From Mobula hypostoma (taxonomy: Eukaryota), in the NCBI RefSeq assembly GCF_963921235.1, contig NC_086097.1, positions 203,734,001 to 203,798,000 of the forward strand: 64,000 nt of DNA, in the 5' to 3' direction. Below the pieces are notes generated by a model, which saw only the letters and a list, made by a program, of their open reading frames with translations, did not search any database and had not been told where the DNA came from. Below, piece by piece: positions 61,776 through 64,000 of the stretch (its first letter is position 1; each line of letters begins with the position of its first letter). Position numbers and translations under genes: made by a program.

Positions 61776-62105
61776 AAGATGACATTTGACAGTTTGTCTC
61801 CAAAGATGGAGGCAGAGAGGCCAAGAAAGGAGAGAGAGGTGTCAGAGACGGACCAAGTAAACTTAAGGGTAAGGTGGAAGTTAGAGGCAAAATTAATAAA
61901 TTTGAGGAGATCAGCATGGGTGCTTGAAGCAGTGCCAATGCAGTTGTCAATGCAGCAGAGGAAGAACTGAGGAGTATAACTGGGGAAGGCTTTGAACATA
62001 GACTATCCTACATAACTAACAAAGAAGCAGGCACAGCTGAGGCCCACGCAAGTGCCCATGGCTATCCCTCAGGTTTGGAGAAAGTGGGAGAAGCTGAAGA
62101 AGTAA
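61776..62105 (-). mobile_element. Continuation of the older PLE RT
   Basis: ORF 61694-61999 (FINFASNFHLTLKFTWSVSDTSLSFL) homologous to ORF 22229-23575. Confidence 0.85.
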
Positions 62106-62427
62106 CATGGGACAAAATCTTTTGTTTTTGTCAATGGCTGAGAATTCATATGTGTTGAAATGAGGAAGGAGAAATGCAGTATTTTAATTTTTGTATTCAC
62201 AATGGATATTGAATTGGAATTGCAGCAATGCTAAAAAGGACCTCCTCGTGTTATATAGTAAATGCACCGGGCAGCTCTGGAGTAGGATTCCGTTTTCTTT
62301 GAAAATTGTGATGCTTTACTCCAGTAGAAATATGGAAGGCTTCATTTGCATAGATGTCAAAGAGGAGCTCAATGGCTATATGGAGTTCAGAAAATAAGAG
62401 TAGAATATTCAATTGCTGATCAATGTA

Positions 62428-63405
62428 CATTTTATTCCGGTTAATTAGGCCATCAGTTAACTGGGGCAGCCATTTAGACAACTCCTAAACAACAAAAACA
62501 AATCAAGAAAATAGCCAGGATCCCCTTCATTTATTTGGGACACCATGCTGCTTAATTAAGACAGGTGACTGTTGCCAAATAGTTTCTAACTAGCGTCAGT
62601 CATGTGCATGTCGTGTGGTCATAATAAACAATACTGTGCTTAGAGTGAACAGATTTTAACAGCATCACTTGTGTGTTTGTTTTTTAGTTGGCAAGAAATA
62701 AGTAGCAAGACGATTCAGAGCTGTGTGCTCACTGCGGTTTCAAGCATTCAGGTTAGGAAATGCCAGAAACGGCCAGGAGTGAAAATGAAACAACTTTAGC
62801 AAGTTAGGAACTCTGAAGAATTTGAAGGTATAAACAACTATCTTGAATGCTACAATGAAAATGAAGAGTTGGAGGCTCATCAAAACATCAAAAAGTGTTG
62901 TACGAAGGCAGACCATTATCCGCACAAGTTGTCTGCACTGATTTTGTTCACTTACAGTCAATTGAAAGAACACGCCAGCATACTCTGAATTAATTCCACT
63001 GTCAATAAATATCAGGAACCAATACACAATTTAAGTATACAAGTACGTGGTTTCATTACACATCCGTGTTTTGCACTATGACTTTTTAAATCATATTTTA
63101 TATTTTTTTATACCTCAGTGCTTTCATTTTGTATTTTAATGTATATATTTTTGACTGAACAACCTAGCATCAATAATTTCCTTTGAGATAAATAAACTTT
63201 TATCTTATAGTACTGTAATGATATTGATAGTGTTCTAATTTGTTTTATATTTCATTTAAATACATAATTTGTTACTCAGTTAAATGACAATTTGTCTTTT
63301 TTTATACCTTTTTAATCATTTCCATGAAACTTCAGCTAATTTTGGCATTTGCTTAATTGGGCCAAAATGTACTGGTCCTGATTAACTCAATTAACTAGAA
63401 TCTGT
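62428..63405. mobile_element. Tigger/pogo-like non-autonomous DNA transposon
   Basis: TA-CATTTTATTCCGGTTAATT... start and ...CAATTAACTAGAATC end; same family as 50846-51289. Confidence 0.55.
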
Positions 63406-64000
63406 TACAAAAGCAGTGATGCATTTTTGAAGTGTGTTTGGTATTTTGAAGTAAAAAGTGTGGGAAACAATTTACATGCAGCACGCTTCCACAAATAGCA
63501 ATGATATAATGACCAAATTTCTATAGACTAGATTCCTATAATTACTTATAAGGGTTTTAAAAGAAAACAATCTTGGAACAGTAAGCCAGGACACATGCGG
63601 ACACACGCGGCCACACACGGCGTTCCAATGTATTTGTTTTAAGGTAAAAGTAACAATACTATGTGGGTTGGTGAAGATCCGGCATAATTACAAATGACTT
63701 CACTTTTAATGGAGGGCAAACTCCTATAATGAACCTTCAATTGTTTTTGGCAAACACAACCAGTGGAACAAAGTAAAGGTCTCAGAAAATTAAACACTGC
63801 AGTAAGCAATTTCCGAAGTCGCTTGATCTATAATTTCCTTTCTTTTCACTGCTGTAACATTCTAATAAATTAATGAGGTATTACAATGGCGCATATTTTG
63901 TCAGTTTATCTACGCCACTATTACACTGGACCCAAATTAATAAGATGCAAAAATAATCCATTTGCCACTTTTATGATGATTCTGTGCAAAATAGTAACTC

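Overview
Vertebrate, repeat-dominated non-coding DNA (large intron or intergenic). The repeat mix (CR1 LINEs with esterase ORF1, a V-domain/HE1-like SINE, Neptune-type Penelope-like elements, Rex1/Babar LINEs) suggests a cartilaginous fish, probably a ray; this is inference. No host protein-coding gene is recognisable; nearly all long ORFs are transposon-derived. The main feature is a Penelope-like element (PLE) system. It has one near-intact Neptune-type element (20306-24004; RT + Cys-linker + GIY-YIG, one frameshift, ~780-bp inverted 3' copy, 15-bp TSD) carrying a minimal type-I hammerhead ribozyme in its 3' UTR. It also has at least seven short derivatives, most with 12-15 bp TSDs; several are fold-back hairpins and one has a hammerhead motif on each strand. 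Also present: multi-level nested CR1/Rex1/RTE/L1-like insertions with readable TSDs, an R4/Dong-like retrotransposon remnant, a Gypsy pol remnant and probable solo LTR, a mariner-derived element with reiterated TIRs, a hAT-like element and two Tigger-like MITEs. A few weak candidate small host exons are noted. Element boundaries were read by eye and are approximate unless a TSD is quoted.
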